Position numbers and translations under genes: made by a program. This document shows positions 40,457 through 50,096 of a stretch of DNA of 64,000 bases, one piece after another. Source of the DNA: a virus; IMG/VR virus record IMGVR_UViG_3300013094_000025, positions 1 through 64,000 of that record, one strand, 5' to 3'. The first letter of the stretch is position 1, and every line of letters starts with the position of its first letter. Under the pieces are notes generated by a model, which did not search any database, was not told where the DNA came from, and saw only the letters and a list, made by a program, of their open reading frames with translations.

Positions 40457-41121
40457 CTGAACTAGAAAAAAGAATTTACAATAAACATTTAGCGGTGTCT
40501 CGATCTTTACGTAATAAGCCCTTTAAACTTAAAGGTGATTTTACTAATTTTAAAGATAGTACAAAATACCCTTCAATAAAAAGACTTTGTATATTCTTTA
40601 ACAAGTATCCTGATGTTGATATGGATACATATTTTATGGCTCCATATAAGCTATATTCTGATACTGATTATTTTGATTTAGCTTATTTTGCCTCACCTAG
40701 AGCTATCAAAGCATATACAACTTATAAAAATCAGCTTTTACAAATGTCTCCAGACAAGCAACAAAATGAAGTTAAAGAATCATTATTGTTTATATCAAGA
40801 TTTTGTTTAATGAACAAAATTCAACTTCATGAATATCCTACTTTTAGATTTAAAGGTATGGCTCCAGAATGGGTATATCATTTAAAAAGTAATAAAATAA
40901 ATCCGTATTCTTTGATGGAATTTCGAGGCATTTTTAATTATATAAATGAGATGCCCTTTGATGAAAGAGAGTTATTACTTGGTAACTTTGGTAGTAACTA
41001 TGTAGACTATAAATCCCGTTACAATTCATCAACAACATTAAAACCCTTTCTTTCTGTAGCCGCAGAAAAATTAAAACTTTTTATAGATAAGAGCTTGAAC
41101 AGTTCAAAATCTTATGTATAA
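40453..41121 (+). CDS. hypothetical protein, possibly gp59-like helicase loader
   Basis: About 220 aa, basic and aromatic-rich, immediately upstream of gp32 (the T4 gene 59 position); positional inference only. Confidence 0.4.
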   Translation: MTELEKRIYNKHLAVSRSLRNKPFKLKGDFTNFKDSTKYPSIKRLCIFFNKYPDVDMDTYFMAPYKLYSDTDYFDLAYFASPRAIKAYTTYKNQLLQMSPDKQQNEVKESLLFISRFCLMNKIQLHEYPTFRFKGMAPEWVYHLKSNKINPYSLMEFRGIFNYINEMPFDERELLLGNFGSNYVDYKSRYNSSTTLKPFLSVAAEKLKLFIDKSLNSSKSYV

Positions 41122-41159
41122 TACACACAACACAAACAACCCAACAACACAATACTATT
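41095..41159 (+). promoter_or_regulatory. gp32 promoter plus G-free A/C-rich leader
   Basis: TTGAAC-N16-TATAAT followed by ACACACAACACAAACAACCCAACAACACAATACTATT. Confidence 0.65.
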
Positions 41160-42050
41160 ATGACATTAACTAAAAACCTATTCGCTGAAATTACAGCATC
41201 CCTATCTAATAAGAACGAAAATATCTATAAGGATATTCTGAAGTTTGAGGCTAACAAGACTTATCTCGTTCGTCTTGTACCTAATATTAACGAGCCAAAG
41301 AAGTCTATTTACAGCTATAAGCACCACAGCTGGAAGAGTCACTCTAACGGTCAGTTTATTACCTCACTCTGTCCTAGCACTTATGGGGAGAGCTGCCCGA
41401 TTGATTCCTACGTTATGAAGACGTACAATACAGGTACTGATGAAGAGAAGAAGAAGCTTGGAGAAATCTCTCGTAAGGAGAGTTGGATGGTTAACGCTTA
41501 CGTTATTTCCGATCCTACTAACCCTGAGAATGAAGGTAAGGTTAAGGTCATTCGTTACGGTAAGGAGCTTGCTAAGATTATTGACAGTGCAATTACTGGC
41601 GATGATGCAGCTGAGTTCGGAGCAGCTAAGGTATTTGACGTTGCTAATGGTAGCACTCTTCGTATTAAGTGCGAACCTCGCACAGGTAATACTGGTAATC
41701 GTATGTCAGTAACTTATTCATCTTCTAAGTTCTTGTCTCCTTCTAAGCTCGATATCCCTGAAGAGAAGGTTGTAAGTGTACATAAGGATATTCATGATCT
41801 TGCGAAGTTTAACAAGACCAAGACTACAACTGAGCTTCAGCAGTCCCTTGATCAGCACTTCCATTGCATTGAAGATGTAAATACAACAGAAGAGGTTGAT
41901 GAAGATACTCTTCCAACACCAGTAGCTAAGATCCCTACTAAGGATGCAGCTCTTGAGTCAATCTTTGAAGGTGTTACTGAGGCTCCTAAGCCTACACCTG
42001 CTGTAGATGATACAGATGCAAAACTTAAAGAACTACTTGCTGGACTCTAA
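41160..42050 (+). CDS. single-stranded DNA-binding protein, gp32-like
   Basis: LVRLVP, CPSTYGESCPI, NAYVISDPTNPENEGKVK..RYGK and an acidic tail. Confidence 0.9.
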   Translation: MTLTKNLFAEITASLSNKNENIYKDILKFEANKTYLVRLVPNINEPKKSIYSYKHHSWKSHSNGQFITSLCPSTYGESCPIDSYVMKTYNTGTDEEKKKLGEISRKESWMVNAYVISDPTNPENEGKVKVIRYGKELAKIIDSAITGDDAAEFGAAKVFDVANGSTLRIKCEPRTGNTGNRMSVTYSSSKFLSPSKLDIPEEKVVSVHKDIHDLAKFNKTKTTTELQQSLDQHFHCIEDVNTTEEVDEDTLPTPVAKIPTKDAALESIFEGVTEAPKPTPAVDDTDAKLKELLAGL

Positions 42051-42075
42051 AATATTAGCCACTATACTCAAATTT

Positions 42076-42909
42076 ATGCCTAGAATCAAAACTAACGCCG
42101 ATATCCCCGATATTCAGAATACTGTTGACGGGTTCCCTAAGAAGTACATCCCTAAGGTTGGTACCCGTGATGCAACGCTTCCCGTTAAGATCATCCGTAA
42201 GGATGGCACTGTTAACGAAGGCTCAGGAAAGTTTAGTATGTATACTGACCTTACATCTGAAAATAAAGGTACGAACATGAGCCGTTATCGTATCCTTATT
42301 GAAGAGGTCGTAGCAAAGGATGGTTACTTTGTTCACGAAGTTATTAAGGATCTTCTTCATGAGTGTAAGTCACGACTTAAGTCAGATAATGCTTATGTTA
42401 AGATTAAGTTTGACTACTTCCTTAAACGTCAAGCTCCTGTATCAAAGATTGAGTCTCATATGGATTACCGAGCTAATATGGAAGGTAAGCTTGTTGATGG
42501 TAAGGAGCGTTTGTACCTAACTGTACACGTCATGTATGCTTCACTCTGTCCTTGCTCTAAGGAGATCAGTGATTACGGAGCTCATAATCAACGATCAGTA
42601 GCTGACGTTACCGTTGAGCTTGATGAGTCAAAGGGTATTATGTGGATTGAAGAGATTATTGATATTGTAGAGAAGTGCTCTTCAGCTCCGATTATTAACG
42701 CTCTTAAGCGTGTTGACGAAGCTTATCAAACTGAGCTTATGTACGAGAATCCAGTCTTTGTTGAGGATATGGTTCGTAAGGTAGCTGTTGAACTTGATAA
42801 GGAGCTTGATAACCGTATTAAGGACTATTCAGTTGTCGTTAATCACTTTGAGTCAATTCATACAGCAGTAGCCGTTGCGGTTATTAATGCTGGTAGGGAG
42901 CTAAAGTAA
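42076..42909 (+). CDS. folE2: GTP cyclohydrolase IB
   Basis: PDIQ, KGTNMSR, SLCPCSKEIS..GAHNQRS, KRVDE, NPVFVED and ESIH motifs. Confidence 0.92.
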   Translation: MPRIKTNADIPDIQNTVDGFPKKYIPKVGTRDATLPVKIIRKDGTVNEGSGKFSMYTDLTSENKGTNMSRYRILIEEVVAKDGYFVHEVIKDLLHECKSRLKSDNAYVKIKFDYFLKRQAPVSKIESHMDYRANMEGKLVDGKERLYLTVHVMYASLCPCSKEISDYGAHNQRSVADVTVELDESKGIMWIEEIIDIVEKCSSAPIINALKRVDEAYQTELMYENPVFVEDMVRKVAVELDKELDNRIKDYSVVVNHFESIHTAVAVAVINAGRELK

Positions 42910-42913
42910 TATT

Positions 42914-43402
42914 ATGGCCGTTTCTGAAGAACAATTAGCAGCGGCTATTATGGCCAAAATTACCGGTAACAATCTTAAAAAGATTGATGAGAGTTCTCTT
43001 ACACCAGTAACCCCAGGTATGAACGCTAATAGACTCGACCCTATGAGTTTTATTAGTCGTAATGTACCTACAGGCCCTACACCTCTTGAGATTCAAGCAA
43101 TGCAGCAGGCTAATAGAGAAGCTGAAAGGTTGTACCCACTACCTCAAGCAGACCTAGCACCTATCCCTCAAATGCCTCCAACAGCACCGCCACCGAATAC
43201 TACATATAGTATACCTGCACCAGTGCCTGTATCTCAACCAGCACCTGTTACGTTGTCTGAGTCAATTCTTACTCGAGAAGATATAGTTTCTATTAGAGCT
43301 CAGCTAGAAAAAACAAATGCTACGTTAACAAAAATGTCTGGTATGTTAGGAAAAGTATTTGCATCTTTTACAGAAAAGAATAAACTCAATAATAGTGACT
43401 AG
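42914..43402 (+). CDS. Pro-rich hypothetical protein
   Basis: 162 aa ORF with a Pro-rich middle and coiled-coil C-terminus. Confidence 0.6.
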   Translation: MAVSEEQLAAAIMAKITGNNLKKIDESSLTPVTPGMNANRLDPMSFISRNVPTGPTPLEIQAMQQANREAERLYPLPQADLAPIPQMPPTAPPPNTTYSIPAPVPVSQPAPVTLSESILTREDIVSIRAQLEKTNATLTKMSGMLGKVFASFTEKNKLNNSD

Positions 43403-44132
43403 TACTATTACAGTTAATAAAGAACTTTTTGTACAAAAGTTTTTACTCCCTATTAGTAAATTAGCAGATAATATATCTCTAATTCCTGAAGGTAAAGAAC
43501 TATACGCCGTTTGTTCCTCCCAGGACGGTAGTATAGTTCTACTTGCCTCTTTAACTCTAGATTTACCAATTGAGGGTATTGTCAAAATTAATTTACCTGA
43601 TGTTAAAAAATTTGTACGATTACTTGAGTGTATTGAAGATAGCTATATTGAATTAACTATTGAAGACAATCATATAAAGTATCATACACCTAGTTTTAAG
43701 TTTAACTATTATTTACTTGAAGATAGTTACATGCAGAGATGCCCAGTTAATCCTACTAAGATTAAAACTCTAAAATACGATTCAGGTTTTATATTACAAA
43801 ATATTAAATTTAATGAAATTCTTAAAGGCAGTTCTATAGCTACAGATTCAGATAAGCTTTATTTCTATACAAAAAATGATGAAGTATATGCTGAGTTAAA
43901 TGATTACGAAAGACAGAATATTAATAATCTCACTTATCTTGTAACTGATAAGTTTGTAGGTGAACCTATTAAGAATGCTCTTCCGTTAAATCTTGAAAAT
44001 GTTCGTATGCTTGCCGGTCTTAAGGCAGCTAGTATATCTGTAAAAATTAATAATACATTAAAGGTAACTCTTTTTGAGGTAACAGATCAAAATGTTAATA
44101 TAAAGTTTGTTATATCTGCACTTGTAAAATAA
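43395..44132 (+). CDS. sliding clamp, gp45/PCNA-like
   Basis: About 245 aa alpha/beta pattern ending KFVISALVK; replication context; GTG start inferred. Confidence 0.65.
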   Translation: MTSTITVNKELFVQKFLLPISKLADNISLIPEGKELYAVCSSQDGSIVLLASLTLDLPIEGIVKINLPDVKKFVRLLECIEDSYIELTIEDNHIKYHTPSFKFNYYLLEDSYMQRCPVNPTKIKTLKYDSGFILQNIKFNEILKGSSIATDSDKLYFYTKNDEVYAELNDYERQNINNLTYLVTDKFVGEPIKNALPLNLENVRMLAGLKAASISVKINNTLKVTLFEVTDQNVNIKFVISALVK

Positions 44133-44157
44133 AGAGTATACGTATAAATTACTCTAT

Positions 44158-44508
44158 ATGTCAAACAAACTAACTACCCTAGGTTATACTCTTAAAAGAC
44201 TACGTGATAGCGGATACTACGCTCATAGACTCTTTACTGAGTATAGTGAAATAGATCCTCGAGCCTGGACAATAGTTATTGACCCAGGTGTAGCTTCTAT
44301 CTTTTGTACTTGTTATATTAATGATCCGTATATTGGAGAATCATATTTTGAATTGTTTGACGGAGGTCAGTTTATACCAGGTAGATTGAAGCTTAAGACT
44401 AGCTCTCATGAAGTGTTAGTAGAGCATCTAGTTAAGTTTGGTATTAATAATAAGGCACCAGGATACAATGAAAAAGGACAGACAGTTTCCTTACAAGGAA
44501 AAGAATAA
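44158..44508 (+). CDS. hypothetical protein
   Basis: 116 aa ORF. Confidence 0.65.
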   Translation: MSNKLTTLGYTLKRLRDSGYYAHRLFTEYSEIDPRAWTIVIDPGVASIFCTCYINDPYIGESYFELFDGGQFIPGRLKLKTSSHEVLVEHLVKFGINNKAPGYNEKGQTVSLQGKE

Positions 44509-44518
44509 GTATCTATGT

Positions 44519-44893
44519 ATGTCTACAGACGAGCCAAATAAAAAGAAGATCTCTAAAAAAAGAACTTCTAAAAAATCTATATCTCCAAAGCTTAGTGCTA
44601 CAGATATAGAACAAGGTGTACCTATAGAGAAAAACCTACATGTTGAGGACGTAATTAAGCAAGCGTTTTTACGCTTCTACGATAATGCCTCTATTAAAGG
44701 TTCTAAGGTAAAAGATTTAGAGCATCTTGATGCTATAACTCAAGAGTATTTAGATTCATATATGATCTTAGGTTATGATATAAACGGTGAAAAGGTGTCT
44801 ATCATGCATGCTGAAAACCCACATGATAGAGATGCTTTAGTTGAACATCTTCGTACTACTCTTCTTAACTTTCTTAATCCTAACGAACGTTAA
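44519..44893 (+). CDS. hypothetical protein
   Basis: Basic N-terminus; TAAGTA 7 nt upstream of ATG 44519. Confidence 0.6.
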   Translation: MSTDEPNKKKISKKRTSKKSISPKLSATDIEQGVPIEKNLHVEDVIKQAFLRFYDNASIKGSKVKDLEHLDAITQEYLDSYMILGYDINGEKVSIMHAENPHDRDALVEHLRTTLLNFLNPNER

Positions 44894-44929
44894 TTGGTTT
44901 AAGTACTTACCATGCCTTAAATAAAACGC

Positions 44930-46687
44930 ATGGAAGATGATATCATTGAAAATCCTATAGATGATAAACAGTATTATCGAGGAGATAAAAATGTACCAAA
45001 GGAAGACGCTCAATTTGAGTGGACCCCTAAGATGGTTAAGGAGATAAAAAAGTGTAAAGAGGATATTGTACATTTTGCTGAAAGTCATTTCTATATTGTA
45101 AACCTTGATAGAGGTAAAGAAAAAATTGATTTATATAAAGCTCAAAAGAGAGCTCTTAAGAGCCTAGCTGATAATAGGTTTGTTAGTGTACTAGCCTCCC
45201 GTCAGTGCGGTAAAACAACTATTACCACTATCTATGCTCTTTGGAATACTTGTTTCTATGACGATCAGAGAGTTATTATTGTAGCTAACAAAGAGAGTAC
45301 TGCTATCAATATTTTTAAACGTATTCGCATGGCCTATGAAATGCTTCCTAACTATTTAAAACCTGGTGTTAAAGAATACGGTAAAACAGGTGTAACCTTT
45401 GCGAACGGTTCTAGTATTGGTATTAGTACAACAACAAGTACAGCGGCAAGAGGTGATTCTGCTTCCATTCTTTGTATTGACGAGGCTGCCTTTATCGATC
45501 AGAACTTTATGGAGGAATTCTGGAAATCAGTTATTCCTATTATCTCTTCTGGTAAGAAAACAAAAATCTTTATGGTTAGTACTCCAAATGGCACTGGTAA
45601 TAAGTTCTATGAAATTTATTCAGGAGCTGAAAAAGGAACTAATGGATGGAAGGCTGAACGTATCGACTGGTGGGATGTTCCAGGGAGAGGAGAAAAATGG
45701 CGTAAGCAAATGGCCAATACCTTAGGTTCTGATGAAGCCTTTCAACAAGAATTCGGTAACACGTTTTTAGATCCGTATAATTCAGCTGTTGGTGCTTCTG
45801 TTATTGAGCGATTTAAAGAAAAGAAAAAGAAACCTATTTGGGATGCTGAAGAAGGTCATTATAAAGTTTATGAAGCTCCTGACCCTAATAAGCTATATGT
45901 AATCGGGGTGGACGTAGGAGAGGGTATTGGAAGAGCTGCAACAGTAGCACAAGTTTTAGATATAACTGATTTAAAAGAAATTAAACAAGTAGCTGTTTTT
46001 GGTACAAATATTATTGAACCCTATCATTACTCTAATAAACTTGTTATATTAGCTAATCAATGGGGTAACCCCCCACTGTTAGTTGAGAGAAATAATTGTG
46101 GCGGTCAAATTATAGATAATCTCTTTCATAAACATTTCTATGAAAAAATAGTTAGTTGTTCAAAACTAGCTAATACAGGCTCATTTTCTAATACTAGACA
46201 CTTAGGTATATTAAGTCATAATAATCTTAGGTTTGCTGGTGTAGCTAACATGCGTTATTGGGTTAACTTTCTTCAAGTAGTTCATATTAATGATACAGAT
46301 ACTATTCAGGAACTTGAAACGTTTATTAGGTATCCGAACGGTACATATAGAAAGAAAAATGATAATTTTTATGACGATCGAGTGATGGCTTTAGTCTGGG
46401 GGTTATTTGCCTTAGAACCTGATATATGTCAGCAATATTTTCAAGTAGATGAATTTGATGAACAAAATAAACCTTTAAAGTTATCTAAAATGTACTATGA
46501 TGAGGTAAACCCGAGCCAATTTGTTTTAGGAGAGCTATCTACAACAGGTAATGTAACTAATATAGGAGGTGAAACAACAGAAAAATATCAATCATTAATG
46601 TCCGATGTTGATATGAACAGGGCTTTAGACAAAGAAGATTATTGGGATCTATTAAATAATGGATGGACTACACTCCATAATTCATGA
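44930..46687 (+). CDS. terminase large subunit, gp17-like
   Basis: ASRQCGKTT, IDEAAF, VSTPNG, FQQEF, GVDVGEG and DDRVMAL motifs. Confidence 0.95.
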   Translation: MEDDIIENPIDDKQYYRGDKNVPKEDAQFEWTPKMVKEIKKCKEDIVHFAESHFYIVNLDRGKEKIDLYKAQKRALKSLADNRFVSVLASRQCGKTTITTIYALWNTCFYDDQRVIIVANKESTAINIFKRIRMAYEMLPNYLKPGVKEYGKTGVTFANGSSIGISTTTSTAARGDSASILCIDEAAFIDQNFMEEFWKSVIPIISSGKKTKIFMVSTPNGTGNKFYEIYSGAEKGTNGWKAERIDWWDVPGRGEKWRKQMANTLGSDEAFQQEFGNTFLDPYNSAVGASVIERFKEKKKKPIWDAEEGHYKVYEAPDPNKLYVIGVDVGEGIGRAATVAQVLDITDLKEIKQVAVFGTNIIEPYHYSNKLVILANQWGNPPLLVERNNCGGQIIDNLFHKHFYEKIVSCSKLANTGSFSNTRHLGILSHNNLRFAGVANMRYWVNFLQVVHINDTDTIQELETFIRYPNGTYRKKNDNFYDDRVMALVWGLFALEPDICQQYFQVDEFDEQNKPLKLSKMYYDEVNPSQFVLGELSTTGNVTNIGGETTEKYQSLMSDVDMNRALDKEDYWDLLNNGWTTLHNS

Positions 46688-47277
46688 CAACTTCTATTAA
46701 CCCGACTCAGCAATCTGTTTTAAACGTACCAAGTAAGGATAAGTTTTTACTTGTACTCAACCTTCCCTCTATTTTAAAACAGCAAGCACAAACTGATAGT
46801 ACTATTAGTTTAGAACCTTTAGAAATAAAAGTGTACGGGACCGTAGTACCAACTATACAAGTACCTTCTAATGAAGTTCGTTTTGGAGGACAATCTCACC
46901 ATGTATCTAGTTATAGTCGCCCAGCTTACGAGCCTTTAAATGTTAACTTTACTGTTGATAATGGATTTAAAAATTATTGGCTACTTTGGAAATGGTTAGC
47001 TCTTTTAAATGACCCTCTAGGTAGCTATTACAACGGTACACCTCTTCAAAATTTACCAAATAATACAAATATACAATCAGGCTCCATAGCAGAATATTGT
47101 ACTACGTTCTCTATTTTCGGCTTAGATGAATATAATAATCAGGTTATTGAATTTATTTATTATAATGCGTTTATAACTAATTTAGGATCTATAGAATATA
47201 GTTATAGAACACCTGAATATATTGAATCTACTGTGCAATTTCAATTCAGTCAATTGAATATCAACCTTCTAAGTTAA
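46684..47277 (+). CDS. tail-tube-fold protein (gp3 tail completion-like)
   Basis: YEPLNVNFTVD..FKNY....KW and AFITNLGSIEY tube-fold pattern; precedes the sheath gene. Confidence 0.65.
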   Translation: MTTSINPTQQSVLNVPSKDKFLLVLNLPSILKQQAQTDSTISLEPLEIKVYGTVVPTIQVPSNEVRFGGQSHHVSSYSRPAYEPLNVNFTVDNGFKNYWLLWKWLALLNDPLGSYYNGTPLQNLPNNTNIQSGSIAEYCTTFSIFGLDEYNNQVIEFIYYNAFITNLGSIEYSYRTPEYIESTVQFQFSQLNINLLS

Positions 47278-47297
47278 AAAAATAATCTGTTAGAGCA

Positions 47298-47303
47298 TAA
47301 ATA
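47298..47303 (+). promoter_or_regulatory. late (gp55-type) promoter motif TAAATA for the tail sheath gene; representative of many
   Basis: TAA(A/G)TA lies 5-11 nt before starts at 3034, 44519, 44930, 47315, 49469, 50097, 53339, 55130, 59864, 60877 and 61371, and minus-strand 2975, 9456 and 11291; resembles T4 TATAAATA. Confidence 0.65.
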
Positions 47304-47314
47304 ATAATAACAAT

Positions 47315-49453
47315 ATGGCACTTTCAATTCAATCACCCGGCGTTCAAATTATTGAAACCGACTTATCGCAGACAGTTACTCTACCAGTAGGTACTAGCGT
47401 ATATGTTGCAGGTTTCGCTTCTCAAGGTCCTACTGACGAAGTAATACAGATTACTTCGATTTCCGAATTTGAATCAATTTTCGGTACACCGACAAACGCT
47501 GCTGAGAGTTATTTTTATTATAATTGCCAAGCTGTTCTTAATTCAAGCGGGAATCTTCTAACTACACGTCTTCCATACGGTTCTGGTAACGGTTTAGGAT
47601 TTGCTGCTACATATAGTGCCCTTGTTTACCCAGTTGTTTCTGCTTCAACAGGATTTACTATTGGTTCTCCAGTTCACCAGACACTCACTCAGAGCCAGTA
47701 CTTAGCAATTCAGCAGAGTAACTTTACATGGGGTGTTACCAATCCTGCTACTGTAGGTATCGGTACTCAGAATAATGCAGTACAGATCAACGGTGGTCTT
47801 ATTGTTCTTAACGACGCTCAAACAGCTGTTGATGAATACAATCAAGGCTATTACGTAAACATTGCAGACAATACAAATTGGGGGCCAACCTCTCCTTACA
47901 CTGAAGTTATTAACGTCGTTGGTCTTTCTGCTCAAGACACTTTCCAGACAGTACCTCCTTCAAGCTTAGCTTTCACCTTAACAGCCGCTTATGGAACACA
48001 AGGTAGTTCAATATCTCAGGTTATTGAATCAGTACCAACATACAACTTTGGTAATGCTAGCTATAATGATTCTCTTGTATTAACACTCTTCAAGATTCGT
48101 AAGTCAACTTATCAACCTAACGTTCTCACATATTCGTTAGTAGAGTCTTATATCGGTTCGTTAAATTCTAATCGTACAATTAACGCTCCTACAGGAGGTG
48201 CACCTCAGTCCTTCTACTTACAGAATCTTGTTAACAATAATTCTAATAATATAGGTCTTTTTGTTAACCCAACTATTTCAACCTTTACTAATTGGACATC
48301 TCTTTCTGGTAGCATTCCAGGACAAACAGTAAGAGTTGCTACTTCAGCAGCAAATCTTTATGCTGAAGGTGTATATAATCCAACATATACAACTAACTCT
48401 GAAGTAATCGGTAGTGTCGATCAGAAGATCAGTCGTGCTCTTTCACTTGTTAGTGCACCTGAAACAACAACAGTTGATCTCGTAGTTGACGCTGGTTTAT
48501 CAACAATATTTGCAAATACCTCTGGTGCCGGTTTAGGTACAAATGGTATACAAAATAATTACTACGACGACACAATTTACGCCGATGTTGCTTCTTTAAG
48601 CTCCTACGGTACATCAACTACATTACAGAATTGGAATACAATCTTTAATATATTCAACAACTTCTGTCAAAACACTCGTAAGGATTGTATGTTTATCGCC
48701 GATCCTTTAAGGCAGATATTCGTTAACGGTGCTAATACAAAAACATTAGATAACCCTAGCAATAACTTTACATTAAACATCTATAACCCATTACAGAATT
48801 CATTAGCTAATGTTGATACAAACTACGCTGCAATTTACGGTAATTGGTTAAAAGTTTATAATGCTTTCTCAAATAACTATATTTGGGTACCAGCTTCAGG
48901 ATACGCTGCTGCTACATATGCTAATTCCGATGCTGCTTCTCAGCCCTGGTACGCTCCAGCTGGTTTAAATCGCGGACAGTTACAGAACGTAACTGACATT
49001 GCTTTTAATCCTAATCAGAAGCAACGTGATTACCTCTATACAATTAGTGTTAACCCGATTGCACTCTTCAACGGTGAAGGTTACGTATTATTTGGTCAAA
49101 AGACATTACAGGCTTTACCATCTGCTTTTGATCGTATTAACGTTCGTCGTTTATTCTTAGTACTTGAAAGAGCTACTAATAAGGCTTTAAAATACTTTGT
49201 ATTTGAGCCTAATACAGTCTTTACACGTACACGTCTCGTAAATACAATTAATCCGTTGTTTGACCTCGCTAAAAATACACAAGGCTTATACGACTACTTG
49301 GTTGTTTGCGACACTAGAAACAATCCTCCAGCTGTAATTGATAACAATCAATTAAACGTTGATATCTATATCAAACCAGTTCGTGCTGCAGAGTTTATTT
49401 TGGTAAACTTTATAGCTACAACAACAGGTCAAAACTTTAGCGAATTAATCTAA
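47315..49453 (+). CDS. tail sheath protein, gp18-like
   Basis: SPGVQIIETD, PWYAPAGLNRG, FGQKT, SAFDRINVRRLF and FEPN motifs. Confidence 0.95.
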   Translation: MALSIQSPGVQIIETDLSQTVTLPVGTSVYVAGFASQGPTDEVIQITSISEFESIFGTPTNAAESYFYYNCQAVLNSSGNLLTTRLPYGSGNGLGFAATYSALVYPVVSASTGFTIGSPVHQTLTQSQYLAIQQSNFTWGVTNPATVGIGTQNNAVQINGGLIVLNDAQTAVDEYNQGYYVNIADNTNWGPTSPYTEVINVVGLSAQDTFQTVPPSSLAFTLTAAYGTQGSSISQVIESVPTYNFGNASYNDSLVLTLFKIRKSTYQPNVLTYSLVESYIGSLNSNRTINAPTGGAPQSFYLQNLVNNNSNNIGLFVNPTISTFTNWTSLSGSIPGQTVRVATSAANLYAEGVYNPTYTTNSEVIGSVDQKISRALSLVSAPETTTVDLVVDAGLSTIFANTSGAGLGTNGIQNNYYDDTIYADVASLSSYGTSTTLQNWNTIFNIFNNFCQNTRKDCMFIADPLRQIFVNGANTKTLDNPSNNFTLNIYNPLQNSLANVDTNYAAIYGNWLKVYNAFSNNYIWVPASGYAAATYANSDAASQPWYAPAGLNRGQLQNVTDIAFNPNQKQRDYLYTISVNPIALFNGEGYVLFGQKTLQALPSAFDRINVRRLFLVLERATNKALKYFVFEPNTVFTRTRLVNTINPLFDLAKNTQGLYDYLVVCDTRNNPPAVIDNNQLNVDIYIKPVRAAEFILVNFIATTTGQNFSELI

Positions 49454-49468
49454 TAAATATATAAAATT

Positions 49469-50065
49469 ATGTCACAAACCATCTCCGACTTCTACACATC
49501 AGTACAAGCTAACGATTTTGCAAGACAGTTTCAGTTCCGTGTAAACGGTACTTTTGCAAATATCGATTTTGCAGAATCTCAGCTTGTATACATCGAATCT
49601 GCAGCTCTTCCAGGAAGAGCTATTAACAACGTTGCAGTTCCTTTTATGGGATTAAACTTCAACGTTCCAGGTACAGCTAGTTACCCAGGTTCAGAAGGCT
49701 GGCAGGTTACTTTCCGTTGCGATCAAAATTATAATATTCGTACAGCCTTAGAAAATGCTACTATCGGTACATTCGATGATAGTTCTTCTACAGGTTCATA
49801 TAATATTGCTGGTCCTGGTAGTACTATCTCACTTGACTTACTCGGTAAATCTCTTGGTGGTCCTGATGGCCCTGTTGTTGTTCGTAGATATAATCTTATA
49901 GGTGCTTATATTGTTTCATTAGGAGATATTACATATAATCTCGGAGATAATGGAACAATTGTTACATTCCCTGCAACAATTGCTTATCAATACTGGAGAG
50001 TTAGCGCTGGTGGCGGAGCTTTAAACCCTAATACTAACTTTGCAGTAGGTAACGTTTTACCATAG
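49469..50065 (+). CDS. tail tube protein, gp19-like
   Basis: ARQFQF, SAALPG, VPFMG, WQVTF and FPATIAYQYW; follows the sheath gene. Confidence 0.87.
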   Translation: MSQTISDFYTSVQANDFARQFQFRVNGTFANIDFAESQLVYIESAALPGRAINNVAVPFMGLNFNVPGTASYPGSEGWQVTFRCDQNYNIRTALENATIGTFDDSSSTGSYNIAGPGSTISLDLLGKSLGGPDGPVVVRRYNLIGAYIVSLGDITYNLGDNGTIVTFPATIAYQYWRVSAGGGALNPNTNFAVGNVLP

Positions 50066-50096
50066 TCTAGATTTTAGCAATAAGTAATATTGCTAT

